This document shows, piece after piece, positions 50,008 to 60,151 of a DNA stretch of 64,000 bases. This DNA comes from a bacterium (GTDB lineage: Bacteria > SAR324 > XYD2-FULL-50-16): assembly GCA_032250835.1 (NCBI GenBank), contig JAVVEA010000006.1, forward strand, positions 32,001 to 96,000, in the 5' to 3' direction. Numbering within the stretch: position 1 is the stretch's first letter; every line of letters starts with the position of its first letter. The notes under the pieces are model-generated. The model made no database searches, was not told where the DNA came from, and worked only from the letters and a program-made list of their open reading frames with translations. The translations under genes were made by a program, and so were the position numbers.

Positions 50008-51459
50008 ATGATTCGGAAAGTTTTATTTACCCTGTTGATTTTATTGTTCTTTGTCCCGTCAAGCTGGGCGTTGGACCAAAGCACGGCACTGGATCAGGTG
50101 GCCCGCAAGCTTTTTGAAGGCGGCAGGGTGCCTAAAGACAAAAGCATGTCTTTAGAATTGGTCAATGAAACCAACCAAAAACAAGACCGGACGGCAAACA
50201 AACTGAAGTCGGCGCTGTCCTTGGCTCTGCAAAGACAGGGCTTTAAAATCTTGAGGGCTGACGAAAGCTTGACCGGCGTGGGATCAAGCGTGATTAGTTT
50301 GAAGGCGAGCTACGAAGCCCGAGGCGGGGAATTGGTTTTAACGATCCGCGCCCAACACATGACCAGTGGCGAAGTTTTTGACCAAACCCGAATCGCCTTT
50401 GCGCGTTCCGGTGCCAGCCGGGGCGACCTCTTTGCGGTCTTGGACCTAGAAGCTAAGGCGCTCAACCCCGCGCAGCGTAAGTTTTTTTCCGACAGTTTCC
50501 GCACCGCCCTGCGCCAGACCGGCCAGTTTGATATTGCCAGCAGCGCCGAGGTGGACAAGATGGACCCTGACTCAGTCCAAAAACAATTGGGCTGCACCCG
50601 CGATGAATGTGCCACGGTGATCGGTGAGCAGTTGGGGGTGGATCAGGTAGTCTCGACGGCCTACACCCAAATCCAAGGCGACCTATACGGCTTAACGGCT
50701 ACGGTGATCGACATCCACGGCGGACGCATCAGCGGCTCGGCAACGGTCAAACACCAAGGTGATTTGACGACTCTAGACAAAAGCTTGGCTGCCTTGGCCA
50801 AGGAACTGGCCAAGGAGTTTGAGGCTCCGGTACCCAAAGTAGCCGTCCCCGCTCCGGCGGTGATCCCGCCTCCCATGATGGCCCAAAGAAGGCCAGAGCC
50901 GGTGAGTGCTCCGTCCAGCGGCGGGGAATTCCGGGTTTTTTATATCGATGAAGCCACGGATTTTACCTTTGACTGGAGCCAAGGCAACCAGCAGATCATC
51001 AGCTATATGGGACCGGCCTACGGGATTCGGGGGATGGGTGACGCCTGGGGTACGACCATTGGCGTTTCTTCGGGGGAATTTGATCAGTTTAGCGACGATG
51101 GGGTAGCCCAAGAGGGCTGGATCGGTAGCATGTCTGGAATTTTTATGTCCATCGACCACTATTGGTATTCCTCAGGCGTGGGCCAGGGCTCTCAATTGGT
51201 GCTCGCTTTGGGTTTAGGCTTTGCGGCGCGCGATGCGACCCTGACCTTTGGCAGCAACGACCCCTATGAGTTTTCTAGCTTCAGCACCAACCTTACCGCT
51301 AGCTTGGACTACACGACTTCCTTCGGGTTCTTTTTTGGTGCCCACATGTCTACGGCGCTCAGTGACTCCACCGAGTTCACTACCTATACAGACTTAAACA
51401 GCAACCTCATCGCTTCAGACACCAGCAGTGCCGGGATGATGCTGGGCATTACGTTCTAG
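50008..51459 (+). CDS. Secreted/outer-membrane hypothetical protein (CsgG/FlgO-like domains, Pro-rich linker, C-terminal beta-barrel)
   Basis: Signal peptide from ATG 50008; FAVLDL...GCTRDECATVIG...; PAPAVIPPP linker; ends LGITF. Confidence 0.6.
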   Translation: MIRKVLFTLLILLFFVPSSWALDQSTALDQVARKLFEGGRVPKDKSMSLELVNETNQKQDRTANKLKSALSLALQRQGFKILRADESLTGVGSSVISLKASYEARGGELVLTIRAQHMTSGEVFDQTRIAFARSGASRGDLFAVLDLEAKALNPAQRKFFSDSFRTALRQTGQFDIASSAEVDKMDPDSVQKQLGCTRDECATVIGEQLGVDQVVSTAYTQIQGDLYGLTATVIDIHGGRISGSATVKHQGDLTTLDKSLAALAKELAKEFEAPVPKVAVPAPAVIPPPMMAQRRPEPVSAPSSGGEFRVFYIDEATDFTFDWSQGNQQIISYMGPAYGIRGMGDAWGTTIGVSSGEFDQFSDDGVAQEGWIGSMSGIFMSIDHYWYSSGVGQGSQLVLALGLGFAARDATLTFGSNDPYEFSSFSTNLTASLDYTTSFGFFFGAHMSTALSDSTEFTTYTDLNSNLIASDTSSAGMMLGITF

Positions 51460-51466
51460 CTTTATC

Positions 51467-52756
51467 TTAAATCAACTGGCCTATGGCCAATGCGCCTTGG
51501 GTAGCGGTGATTTGGACGGTGATGATTTGGTTGCCTAAGTCCTGCTCGCTTTCGGCCAACACCCGCAGATAATTTCCGGTATATCCCGCATAGCGGTTCC
51601 CCCCTTCATTACGCTCAAACAAGACCGAAACCAACTGCCCCACCTGAGCTTGGGCGAAGGCCGCCCGTTTGGCGTCGCTTAGTTCGCGCAAAGCCAAGGC
51701 CCGCTCGGTGGCGACTGACGGGGTGACCCGCTCACCCAAGCTGGCGGCACGGGTGCCGGGCCGTTCGGCGAAGGGGAAGACATGGAAATATTGGATCGGT
51801 AGTTCTTCGAGAAGGCGGTATGTCGCTTGGAAGTCGGCGTCTGTTTCGCCAGGAAAGCCGACCATCACATCGGTGCCTAAGCCTAAGCCCGGCACAGCGG
51901 CGGCGGCGTCGAGCACAAAAGCCCGGTATTCGGCGGCGCTGTAGCGGCGGCGCATGGCCTTTAAAATAACGTCCGACCCGGCTTGCAGGGGCAGGTGCAA
52001 ATGGGGCGTGAGTTTTCGGTTGGGGTCCTTCATGGGGCCGAAAACCTCGGGGCCGAGGGTGGTCGGTTCGATGCTGCTGATCCGCAACCGCTCAATGCCC
52101 GGCACCTCTTCTAAGGCCGCCAGCAGCGCGCCAAAGTCTTGGCCTTCGGTGGCAAAACAGCCCAGATTCACGCCTGTTAAAACCAATTCCTTTACTCCTG
52201 CTTGGCCCAGGGCCTCGGCCTCGGACAGGGCGTCACCAAAGCGGCGGCTGCGCGAGCGCCCTCGGGCTTGGGGGATGATGCAGAAGCTACACAAAAAATC
52301 GCAGCCCTCTTGGATTTTTAGGTTCGCGCGGGTCAAGGCTAGGTGCTGGTCTGCCTGCAAGATGGTGAACTCTTCTTTGCTAATGGGCCCCACGGCGACC
52401 AAGGGGCCTTCGCCGGGCTCTAAGCGACCTAAGTATTCGACCAACTTCATCTTCTCCTGGGTGCCCAAAATCAGGTCCACCCCGCCGATCTCCAAGAGTT
52501 CCTCGCTAGACATCTGGCTGAAGCAGCCCAAGACGGCGATCACCGCACCGGGATTGTTTTTTTGGATGTTGCGGACCAGTTGGCGGACCTTTTGGTCTGT
52601 CTGGCCGGTGACGGTGCAGCTGTTGATCACGCAGAGATCCGCCCCGCCCTTTTCCTCAACCACCCGGTATCCTTGGGCTTTGAGCTGGTGCGCCAAAAGG
52701 GCGGATTCGGTCTGGTTTAGGCGGCAGCCTAGGGTGTGGAAACTGGCGGTCTTCAT
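51467..52756 (-). CDS. mtaB: tRNA t6A37 methylthiotransferase MtaB
   Basis: TLGCRLNQTES, INSCTVT, LKIQEGCDFLCSFCIIP radical SAM motif, HVFPFAERPGT, TRAM domain. Confidence 0.92.
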   Translation of the reverse strand: MKTASFHTLGCRLNQTESALLAHQLKAQGYRVVEEKGGADLCVINSCTVTGQTDQKVRQLVRNIQKNNPGAVIAVLGCFSQMSSEELLEIGGVDLILGTQEKMKLVEYLGRLEPGEGPLVAVGPISKEEFTILQADQHLALTRANLKIQEGCDFLCSFCIIPQARGRSRSRRFGDALSEAEALGQAGVKELVLTGVNLGCFATEGQDFGALLAALEEVPGIERLRISSIEPTTLGPEVFGPMKDPNRKLTPHLHLPLQAGSDVILKAMRRRYSAAEYRAFVLDAAAAVPGLGLGTDVMVGFPGETDADFQATYRLLEELPIQYFHVFPFAERPGTRAASLGERVTPSVATERALALRELSDAKRAAFAQAQVGQLVSVLFERNEGGNRYAGYTGNYLRVLAESEQDLGNQIITVQITATQGALAIGQLI

Positions 52757-52897
52757 GGCTCCTTGGGTCAAGATCGGCCATTATCTACGGCCCAAGCCAA
52801 TCGGGCAAGGGCGGCTTGTCAAACCGGGGCTTTAGGCTGTACAGCCTAAGGGGTCTTTTGGTAGCCTGTCGGCAATCTATCTCCCCAATCAAGTCAA

Positions 52898-54799
52898 ATG
52901 TCTACTGTCCAAATCCTTCCTGAAGACCTGATCAATAAGATCGCCGCTGGCGAAGTGGTCGAACGGCCCGCTTCGGTGGTCAAGGAATTGGTCGAAAATG
53001 CCATCGACGCCGGGGCGGACCAAATCTTTGTTACCTTGGCCGATGGCGGCAAGCAGCTGATCAGCGTCTTGGACAATGGCGCGGGGATGAGTCCCGAAGA
53101 TGCTCAACTGGCGGTGCAGCGTCACGCTACCTCGAAGATTGCCATCGAGGCGGACTTAGAAAAGATTGCCTCCTTGGGCTTTCGCGGTGAGGCCCTGGCG
53201 GCGATTAGTTCGGTCAGTCGGTTTGAGCTGGTCACTTGTCATGATGAGGCCCAAGGCGGTTTCCAACTGAAGATCGAAGGGGGCAAGCCGCCCAAGACGG
53301 CCTCCCTGGGCTTTCCTAAGGGAACCAAGATCACCGTGGCGGACTTGTTTTTTAACCAGCCCGCCCGGCTGAAGTTCCTTAAGTCCGTCAAAACCGAATA
53401 CCACCATATTTTTGACCTGATCTTACGGTTGGCCATCGCCCACCCGCAGATTCAGTTTAAGTTGACCCATGACAAAAATCTGGTGCTTAACCTGCCCAAA
53501 GGGCAAGACCTGCTGGCCCGTATTGCCGACTGTTATGGCACCGAGATCGCCTCGGAGTTGGTGGCCATCGAATATGAGGAATCTTATCTGAAGTTCCGGG
53601 GATATTTTTCCCACCCCGCCAGCGCCCGCAGTTCCAAACGCTGGCAACATGCCTTTGTAAACCACCGCTGGGTCCGCAACAAGACTCTCACCCAGGCGGT
53701 TTATGAAGGTTATAAAACGCTGCTGATGAAAAACATGCACCCCATGTTTTTTATGGAAATCCAGTTAGACCCCCGTGAACTGGACGTCAACGTCCACCCG
53801 GCGAAAACCGAAATCCGGCTGCGCAATACAACGCTGGTCCACACCATCCTTTCGGGCCGGTTGCAGCGGGCCTTAAAGGAGGCGAGCCGCCGTCGCTTTT
53901 TTTCGCCTGAAGACGAGGCCGAAGCGGGCGGGATTGCTGCCCAGGGGGTTCAAGAGCGGATGTTGCCCAGTGGGGCCTTGCCGCCGGGACCCGGCAAGTT
54001 GTTTGTGGAGCTAAACGACCAGATTGGCTTTGAAGCAGGGCCGCCGCTTAAAACTAAGCCCGAGCCCATCAGGCCCCAACGCCCGATTCCTGGCCGCCTG
54101 CCCAGCCCGCCGCTTGAGACGACCCCAACCCAAGCTCCCGAACCCGAAGAATCCGCCTTTAGCTTTAATTCAGGCAGCGACTTCGCCCGGCCCCAGCCGA
54201 CCCACTTGGGGGCCGGGGCACCGGTCTATTCGGCCATTGGTCAATTGGGGAAAAAATACATCCTCGCCCAGGGGGCCGAGCGGCTGATTCTGGTGGACCA
54301 ACACTCAGCCCATGAGCGGATTCGTTTTGAGGAAATCCGGGGCGACTTTTACGCTAAAAAACTGGAAAGCCACAGCCTGATCATCCCCTTGCTGGTCGAG
54401 CTACCGCCCCAAGACGGCCTGTTGTTGGAGCAACACTTGCCCCAGTTCGCCCAGTTGGGCTTTGTGATCGAGCCCTTTGGCGGCAATGATTATTCGGTAA
54501 AAGAGGTGCCCAGCATCCTCAAGGACAAAGACGTAGGTGCGCTGCTCAAGGAGGTGCTCGACGAAATGAGCCAATTCGGGCGCAGCGGCAAGATGGAGAT
54601 TTTTTTTAACGAGGTCTTCGAAAAAATCGCCTGCCACTCCGCCATCCGCGCCGGGCAGTCCTTAAGCCTACCAGAGATGCAGTCTTTGCTCAACCAGCTG
54701 GCCAGCCTGGACCTACAAATCCACTGCCCCCACGGCCGCCCGGTCCTAGTCGAAATCAGCCTCACCGAACTGGACAAGCGCTTTAAGCGGATTGTATGA
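52898..54799 (+). CDS. mutL: DNA mismatch repair endonuclease MutL
   Basis: IAAGEVVERPASVVKELVEN, LGFRGEAL, DQHSAHER, ACH, CPHGRP. Confidence 0.98.
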   Translation: MSTVQILPEDLINKIAAGEVVERPASVVKELVENAIDAGADQIFVTLADGGKQLISVLDNGAGMSPEDAQLAVQRHATSKIAIEADLEKIASLGFRGEALAAISSVSRFELVTCHDEAQGGFQLKIEGGKPPKTASLGFPKGTKITVADLFFNQPARLKFLKSVKTEYHHIFDLILRLAIAHPQIQFKLTHDKNLVLNLPKGQDLLARIADCYGTEIASELVAIEYEESYLKFRGYFSHPASARSSKRWQHAFVNHRWVRNKTLTQAVYEGYKTLLMKNMHPMFFMEIQLDPRELDVNVHPAKTEIRLRNTTLVHTILSGRLQRALKEASRRRFFSPEDEAEAGGIAAQGVQERMLPSGALPPGPGKLFVELNDQIGFEAGPPLKTKPEPIRPQRPIPGRLPSPPLETTPTQAPEPEESAFSFNSGSDFARPQPTHLGAGAPVYSAIGQLGKKYILAQGAERLILVDQHSAHERIRFEEIRGDFYAKKLESHSLIIPLLVELPPQDGLLLEQHLPQFAQLGFVIEPFGGNDYSVKEVPSILKDKDVGALLKEVLDEMSQFGRSGKMEIFFNEVFEKIACHSAIRAGQSLSLPEMQSLLNQLASLDLQIHCPHGRPVLVEISLTELDKRFKRIV

Positions 54800-54893
54800 C
54801 TTAAAAATCCCAGGATTGATTTCCAAACCACCAAGATCCTGGTCAGCTAGTTGTATTTGGTATTTATGATTAATTTGGGTATAGGTGTATTCA

Positions 54894-55541
54894 ATGAGAA
54901 GGGTTAATTGGTTGGTAGGCTATTTTTTGCTTTCCTGTTTGCTCGTCGTGCCGGTCGCAAAGTCGGAGCCGATAGACGAATACATTAAGACCTTGGACTA
55001 TTATGTGGGGTTTCCAGGTCTACCTTGTATTGGTCAAATCGGGATGTTTTACAATCAAGGCTCACGGCTGATTCGATACGAGTACTGTAGCTGGGGAAAT
55101 TCCTGGAGCCAAGAACACAATCCAACCAATGGTAACGGTGTCTTGCTTAGTCGTGGTTTGGATTGGTTTTTCATAAATAAAAGGGCACGAATTTTCAGTT
55201 TCATGTTGTCTTACCGAAACGAAACATTCACGGGCTCACTCTCTAAGACCATGGACGATGGAACGGGAAATCAGGTCGAGTTATCCAATGACTTGATGGT
55301 TGGCACCAAGTCTCTCTCTGCAGGCTTTTCGTTGATGGTGGCATTTTCGGGCTGGACCGGATTCATGGAATTGAAGCCCTTGCTGCTCTGGAAATCTGAG
55401 CAGGACCAGCGATTGGCTTCAACCTCAACTTCGCCAACCTATTCGACCAGCGATATTGACCGCGAATTTGACGCAGAGGTGTCTGATATGCATTCGAATC
55501 AAAGATATCCTGGAGCCATATCGATGGGCTTTAGTTTTTAG
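54894..55541 (+). CDS. Hypothetical secreted/outer-membrane protein
   Basis: Signal peptide; ends MGFSF; AT-richer than its neighbours. Confidence 0.6.
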   Translation: MRRVNWLVGYFLLSCLLVVPVAKSEPIDEYIKTLDYYVGFPGLPCIGQIGMFYNQGSRLIRYEYCSWGNSWSQEHNPTNGNGVLLSRGLDWFFINKRARIFSFMLSYRNETFTGSLSKTMDDGTGNQVELSNDLMVGTKSLSAGFSLMVAFSGWTGFMELKPLLLWKSEQDQRLASTSTSPTYSTSDIDREFDAEVSDMHSNQRYPGAISMGFSF

Positions 55542-55619
55542 TATCCAGCTCAGCGCCCTGCTCCGCCTAAGCCGCTAAAAGGATAGACTTGACTAATTCA
55601 AGGCTATTTCTTGGACCCC

Positions 55620-56126
55620 TTACCCCGGCCACTCCAAGCTACCCTCGGGCCAAAAGGCGGCGGGGTTTTCTTCGCCGGCCCAATAGTCTACCGGCTGGGT
55701 CATTTCCCAGCGCTGGTCGGGGCCCAGTTTGTAGTCGATCACCTTGCCGGTGTCGGGGTAATAGCCCCGCTCCGTCTCGGTTTGGTTAGAGCAGGAGAAA
55801 TACAGGCAGGGCTCTGGGCCGGGGTTGTAGAGTTGGTGCGCCAGGGCTTCGCCGGTGGGGCAAAAGACCAAATCCCCGGCGACCAAGGGTTTTACGCCCT
55901 CAGGTCCGCGCAGTAGCGCCCGCCCCTCTAAGATCAAAAACAATTCCTCTTGGTTTTGGTGCCCATGATAGGGGCAGGCAAAGTGCCCTACCGCCAAGCG
56001 TTGGACTTGGAAACCTAAGTGCTGGGCCCCGGCCTGGGCCGAAAGGCGGTTTTTCTCTACCCTATAGGCCCCTTGGTCCAAGAGGGTAAAGGGCCCTTCG
56101 GCGGTTTTGAATATCTTTTCGCTCAT
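55620..56126 (-). CDS. Cupin-domain protein
   Basis: PYHGHQNQEELFLILEG...AHQLYN; YYPDTGK. Confidence 0.85.
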   Translation of the reverse strand: MSEKIFKTAEGPFTLLDQGAYRVEKNRLSAQAGAQHLGFQVQRLAVGHFACPYHGHQNQEELFLILEGRALLRGPEGVKPLVAGDLVFCPTGEALAHQLYNPGPEPCLYFSCSNQTETERGYYPDTGKVIDYKLGPDQRWEMTQPVDYWAGEENPAAFWPEGSLEWPG

Positions 56127-56142
56127 GGGATTACCTGAAACC

Positions 56143-56652
56143 TTAGGCCAGCGGCAAAACCAGCCGGGTTTTTAGTTGGTCCGTTGGGGTTTCCTTTGGG
56201 TCATTTAAATAAAACTCAAAGCTTTGTTGTGCCAAGGTTAGTCCCTGGTCCTCGGCCCAGCGGTTCAGTTCCTTGTATGAGGCCCCTACCATCGCGTAAG
56301 AGCCGGTATGGACCGCCGTCAAGGCTGGACCCCCGGCGAAGGACGCGGTCTTTAAAACGCCTTGTTCTTTGGCTCCATCAACGGGAAAACCTAACTGGTA
56401 ATGCCAGCGCTTAAAAACCATTTGTAGTAGGTTTTTGAGGGCTCCCGCCTGGTTCAAAGCCGCCCAATCCAAGTCCAGATAGACCGTAAAGGGAAACCCG
56501 CTGGCACTAAGTTCTTGGTCTTGCAACGCGTCCTTTAGCTGAGTAAAGCCTTGCTTCATTAGGGCAGGCATGGCTAACATTTTTGCATGTTGTTCCAAAA
56601 CCAGCGCGTCAAAAGGCTCGATGGTTTCTTGTTGGATATCTGAAAGGCTCAT
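56143..56652 (-). CDS. GyrI-like small-molecule-binding protein
   Basis: HTGSY...Y...EFYLNDP...LKTRL; start at ATG 56652. Confidence 0.85.
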   Translation of the reverse strand: MSLSDIQQETIEPFDALVLEQHAKMLAMPALMKQGFTQLKDALQDQELSASGFPFTVYLDLDWAALNQAGALKNLLQMVFKRWHYQLGFPVDGAKEQGVLKTASFAGGPALTAVHTGSYAMVGASYKELNRWAEDQGLTLAQQSFEFYLNDPKETPTDQLKTRLVLPLA

Positions 56653-56752
56653 GTGGAACTCCCTTGGGTTGATTGCTTGGGATTTGAATATAACCGATAG
56701 CGCCTCAGATTCCAACGCCTGAGCAAACAGTAAATTAATATAGTGAATTCAG

Positions 56753-57136
56753 ATGATTAAGATATACGGGATTGAAGAAATTTTAGAACCCAAGATCCCC
56801 TCCATGAGCGACGTGATCCAAGGCTGCATGCAAGACGCCCTGGGCTACCCTGCCAACAAGAGGGCCCAACGGTTTTTGCCGGTCAAGCGGGGGCACTTTT
56901 TTTCGCCCGAAGGCCGCACCGAAGCCTACACGATTTTAGAGATTTCCCTGCTTTCGGGCCGCAGCAAAGAGGCCAAAAAGACGCTGATTTATTTGCTTTT
57001 CGAGCGCTTTGAACGGGAATTGGGCATTAAGCCGGTAGATCTAGAGATCACCCTTTTTGATTCGCCCGGCGAAAACTGGGGCTTTCGGGGCATTACCGGC
57101 GACGAAGCCCAATTGGATTACAAAATCAACGTCTAA
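56753..57136 (+). CDS. Tautomerase-family protein (4-OT/YrdN-like)
   Basis: GRSKEAKK, ENWGFRG, LDYKINV; lacks the N-terminal Pro. Confidence 0.8.
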   Translation: MIKIYGIEEILEPKIPSMSDVIQGCMQDALGYPANKRAQRFLPVKRGHFFSPEGRTEAYTILEISLLSGRSKEAKKTLIYLLFERFERELGIKPVDLEITLFDSPGENWGFRGITGDEAQLDYKINV

Positions 57137-58074
57137 TCCCAGGTTAAGACCAACTTACCGGCCACGTGCCCCTCTTCGCTAGCCTGGACGGCTTGGAGCA
57201 CCTCGGTAAAGGGGTAGACCTGCGCGATTACTGGGCGCAAAGTTCCTTCTTCAACCCAAAGGGCTAGTTGGTTTAAATCCTTTAAGCGCGATTCGACCAT
57301 CACCTGCAACCGTTTTTTGGCGAAGACCAAATTGCGCGGCGGCAGCCACAACATCCCCAACAACCCCGCTTGGGTGCTCACATACCGGCCCCCGTGGGCG
57401 AGGTGCTTTTGGGCTGGGCCAAAGGGTAGGTTGCCGATGCAGTCGAAGATCAAGTCATACTCGGCCAGCAGGCTGGGTAAGGGACCTTTTTGGTAGTCGA
57501 TCAAGTCAGCGGCCCCTAGGCTGCGCGCCAGCTCAAATTTACCTTGGCTGCATACCCCCGAGATCATAGAACCGTACGCTTTGGCCACTTGCAGTGCCAT
57601 CACGCCGACCCCACCCCCACAGCCGTTGACCAGCACCCGCTCCCCATGCTTGATTTTCGCCTGAGAAACCAGCGCTTGTAGGGCCGTTTGCCCGGTGAGC
57701 GGAAGCGCGGCGGCTTCGGCGAAGCTAAGGTTTTTGGGCTTAAGGGCGACCATCTCGGGCCCGGCAACCAGTTGCTGGGCGAAGGCACCGCCTTTAAAAT
57801 AGTTGGTTAGACCGAAGACCTCGTCTCCGGGTTGCAGCCCGGCCTGGGGCCCCGCGTCGATAACCACCCCGGCAAAGTCACCGCCCAAAATGGCGGGCGG
57901 TTGTTTGCCGGTCAGCATCTTAAAATCGCCTTGGCGGATTTTGTTGTCTACCGGATTGATGGAGCTGGCTTTGACCTCAACCAAGACTTGGTCGGCTCCG
58001 GGGCGGGGTGCTTCGGTTTCTTCTAACGACAACACTTCAGGTCCGCCATATTGGCGGGAAATTACAGCTAACAT
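57133..58074 (-). CDS. NAD(P)-dependent MDR-family (quinone oxidoreductase-like) oxidoreductase
   Basis: SINPVD, GGDFAGVV, VLVNGCGGGVG, GKLVL. Confidence 0.88.
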   Translation of the reverse strand: MLAVISRQYGGPEVLSLEETEAPRPGADQVLVEVKASSINPVDNKIRQGDFKMLTGKQPPAILGGDFAGVVIDAGPQAGLQPGDEVFGLTNYFKGGAFAQQLVAGPEMVALKPKNLSFAEAAALPLTGQTALQALVSQAKIKHGERVLVNGCGGGVGVMALQVAKAYGSMISGVCSQGKFELARSLGAADLIDYQKGPLPSLLAEYDLIFDCIGNLPFGPAQKHLAHGGRYVSTQAGLLGMLWLPPRNLVFAKKRLQVMVESRLKDLNQLALWVEEGTLRPVIAQVYPFTEVLQAVQASEEGHVAGKLVLTWD

Positions 58075-58203
58075 TTGAACTCCTTAGAAATTTCAGACCA
58101 GACTAGGCCAAATTTAGGCGAGATTCAAGGGGTAGGTTGTACTCTAGACAAAGGTGGGCCTGAAAAGATATTCTAATCGATAACCTTAAGCCCTTGGCCC
58201 TGC

Positions 58204-59529
58204 ATGAAATTGATCGCCCTAGTCGGCAAACCCAACGTGGGTAAATCGACGCTCTTCAACCGCTTGGTTGGCCGCCGCTATGCGATTGTCGGGGCCCAGC
58301 CGGGCGTCACCCGCGACCGCAACATTGCCCCAGTGGACCGCAAGGGGTACCGATACCTTTTGATGGACACCGGCGGCTTCGAGCCCGAGGCGGTCGAAGG
58401 GATTCCCGCGAAGATGAAGGAACAGAGCCGCTTGGCGGTCGAAGAGGCGGACATCATCTTGTTTGTGATGGACCGCAGTTCGGGCCTGACGGTTAACGAT
58501 AAGGACATCTACCGCTACCTAAGCCAGTCGGAAAAGCCGGTTTATGTGGTCGTCAACAAGGTGGACAGCGACAAACACGAAGAAGGCCTAGGCGAGTTTT
58601 ACGAGCTTGGGGCCGAGACGCTCTTTGACGTCAGCGCCGAACATGGCCGCGGCATCAGCGAGCTGTTGGAGTTTTTGGGCGAACAGCACCCCGAGATCCT
58701 CAACCCCGACGACCCCCGCGAAGACGACGCCCTGTCCATCGCGCTGCTGGGCCGCCCTAATGCAGGCAAATCCAGTCTGGCCAACGCCTTTTTGGGCGAG
58801 AACAAACAAATTGTCCACGACGAACCGGGCACCACCCGCGACCCGGTGGACAACTACTTCCAGTTTCAGGGCCAGCGCATCCGCCTGATTGATACCGCAG
58901 GCCTCAAACGTAAGGCCAGGGTTAGCCAGAAGGTGGATCAATATTCCATGGCCGGTTCGATCCGCAGCATCGAGCGTTGCGACGTCGGCCTTTTGGTGAT
59001 CGACGCCACCGAAGGGGTGGTGGAGCAAGACGCACGTATCGGCGGGTATATTTTGGAGCGGGGCCGGGGCGTGGTGATTGTGGTCAATAAGTGGGACTTA
59101 GTGGCCAAAGACAGCAAAACGCTACAAAAAATGGAGCGCGACATCCGCGACCGCTTGGAATTCCTCGCCTTTGCGCCGATCCTCTTTGTCTCGGCTATGA
59201 CCCAGCAACGGGTGCCTAAAATCTTAGAAGCAGCCATGGCCGTTTTTGAACAATACCAAAAACGGGTCCGCACCGCCGACTTCAACAAGGTCTTAGAAGA
59301 GGTCACCCTGCGACACCAGCCGCCGGGCCGCGCGGGCAAAAAACCCCGGCTTTATTACGGGGCTCAAGTTTCTATCAAGCCGCCCAGCTTCGTGATCCAC
59401 ACCAACGAGCCAGACCTCTTGAGCGAAAGCTATCGCCGGTTTATGGTGAATCAGTTACGCTATTACTTCGGCTTCGAGGGGACGCCGATCAATGTCTTTT
59501 GGCGAGCAAAAAACAAAAAACAAGAATAG
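58204..59529 (+). CDS. der: Ribosome biogenesis GTPase Der (EngA)
   Basis: Two GTPase domains (GKPNVGKS, GRPNAGKS) with DTGG/DTAG and NKVD/NKWD; KH-like C-terminus. Confidence 0.97.
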   Translation: MKLIALVGKPNVGKSTLFNRLVGRRYAIVGAQPGVTRDRNIAPVDRKGYRYLLMDTGGFEPEAVEGIPAKMKEQSRLAVEEADIILFVMDRSSGLTVNDKDIYRYLSQSEKPVYVVVNKVDSDKHEEGLGEFYELGAETLFDVSAEHGRGISELLEFLGEQHPEILNPDDPREDDALSIALLGRPNAGKSSLANAFLGENKQIVHDEPGTTRDPVDNYFQFQGQRIRLIDTAGLKRKARVSQKVDQYSMAGSIRSIERCDVGLLVIDATEGVVEQDARIGGYILERGRGVVIVVNKWDLVAKDSKTLQKMERDIRDRLEFLAFAPILFVSAMTQQRVPKILEAAMAVFEQYQKRVRTADFNKVLEEVTLRHQPPGRAGKKPRLYYGAQVSIKPPSFVIHTNEPDLLSESYRRFMVNQLRYYFGFEGTPINVFWRAKNKKQE

Positions 59530-59533
59530 CCCC

Positions 59534-60151
59534 ATGAACTTCTTAAACCCCGAAATGCTGTCCCACGGCGGGCCGGTACTTCTGATCCAATTGATTTGTA
59601 GCATCGTCGCTCTGGGCGTAGTCTTAGAGCGTTTTATGTATCTGCGGCACGACAAGGTGGTGCGGGTCGATCTGTACCAAACCATCTTACGACAGGTCCG
59701 CGGAGGCGAGTTGAACTCGGCCTTATCCTCGGCCCAGAGCGATCCGGGGCCGATGATGCGCATCTGCGCCACCGCCTTGTCCCACGCTGAACAGGGCCCC
59801 CGCGAACTACGCGAAACCATCGAAGACGCAGGTAGGCTCGAAGTGCCCCGCCTGGAACGTTACCTAGGCATATTGCATACCATTGCGGTGATCAGCCCAC
59901 TCTTAGGTCTCTTGGGCACCGTCTTCGGCATGATGCGTGTCTTTGATACCATCGTCACCGAAGGGGCGGGCAACACCCAGCTACTCGCCGGGGGCATCAG
60001 CGAAGCCTTGGTGACCACCGCTGCCGGTCTTTGCGTGGCGATCCCCACCTTGGTCTTTTACAATTATCTTTCCAAGCGCACCGACAACCTTTTGGTGGAG
60101 ATGGAAGGCTTGGCGATTGAGCTGCACCGCGCCTTGAAGGGACGGGCATGA
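59534..60151 (+). CDS. MotA/TolQ/ExbB proton channel protein
   Basis: SPLLGLLGTVFGM, GISEALVTTAAGL. Confidence 0.92.
   Translation: MNFLNPEMLSHGGPVLLIQLICSIVALGVVLERFMYLRHDKVVRVDLYQTILRQVRGGELNSALSSAQSDPGPMMRICATALSHAEQGPRELRETIEDAGRLEVPRLERYLGILHTIAVISPLLGLLGTVFGMMRVFDTIVTEGAGNTQLLAGGISEALVTTAAGLCVAIPTLVFYNYLSKRTDNLLVEMEGLAIELHRALKGRA

Noticed and set aside
51954-52835. 293-aa + strand ORF and similar long antisense ORFs across the window
   Set aside because: These are shadow frames of well-supported genes (here mtaB) in GC-rich DNA, with no recognisable motifs.
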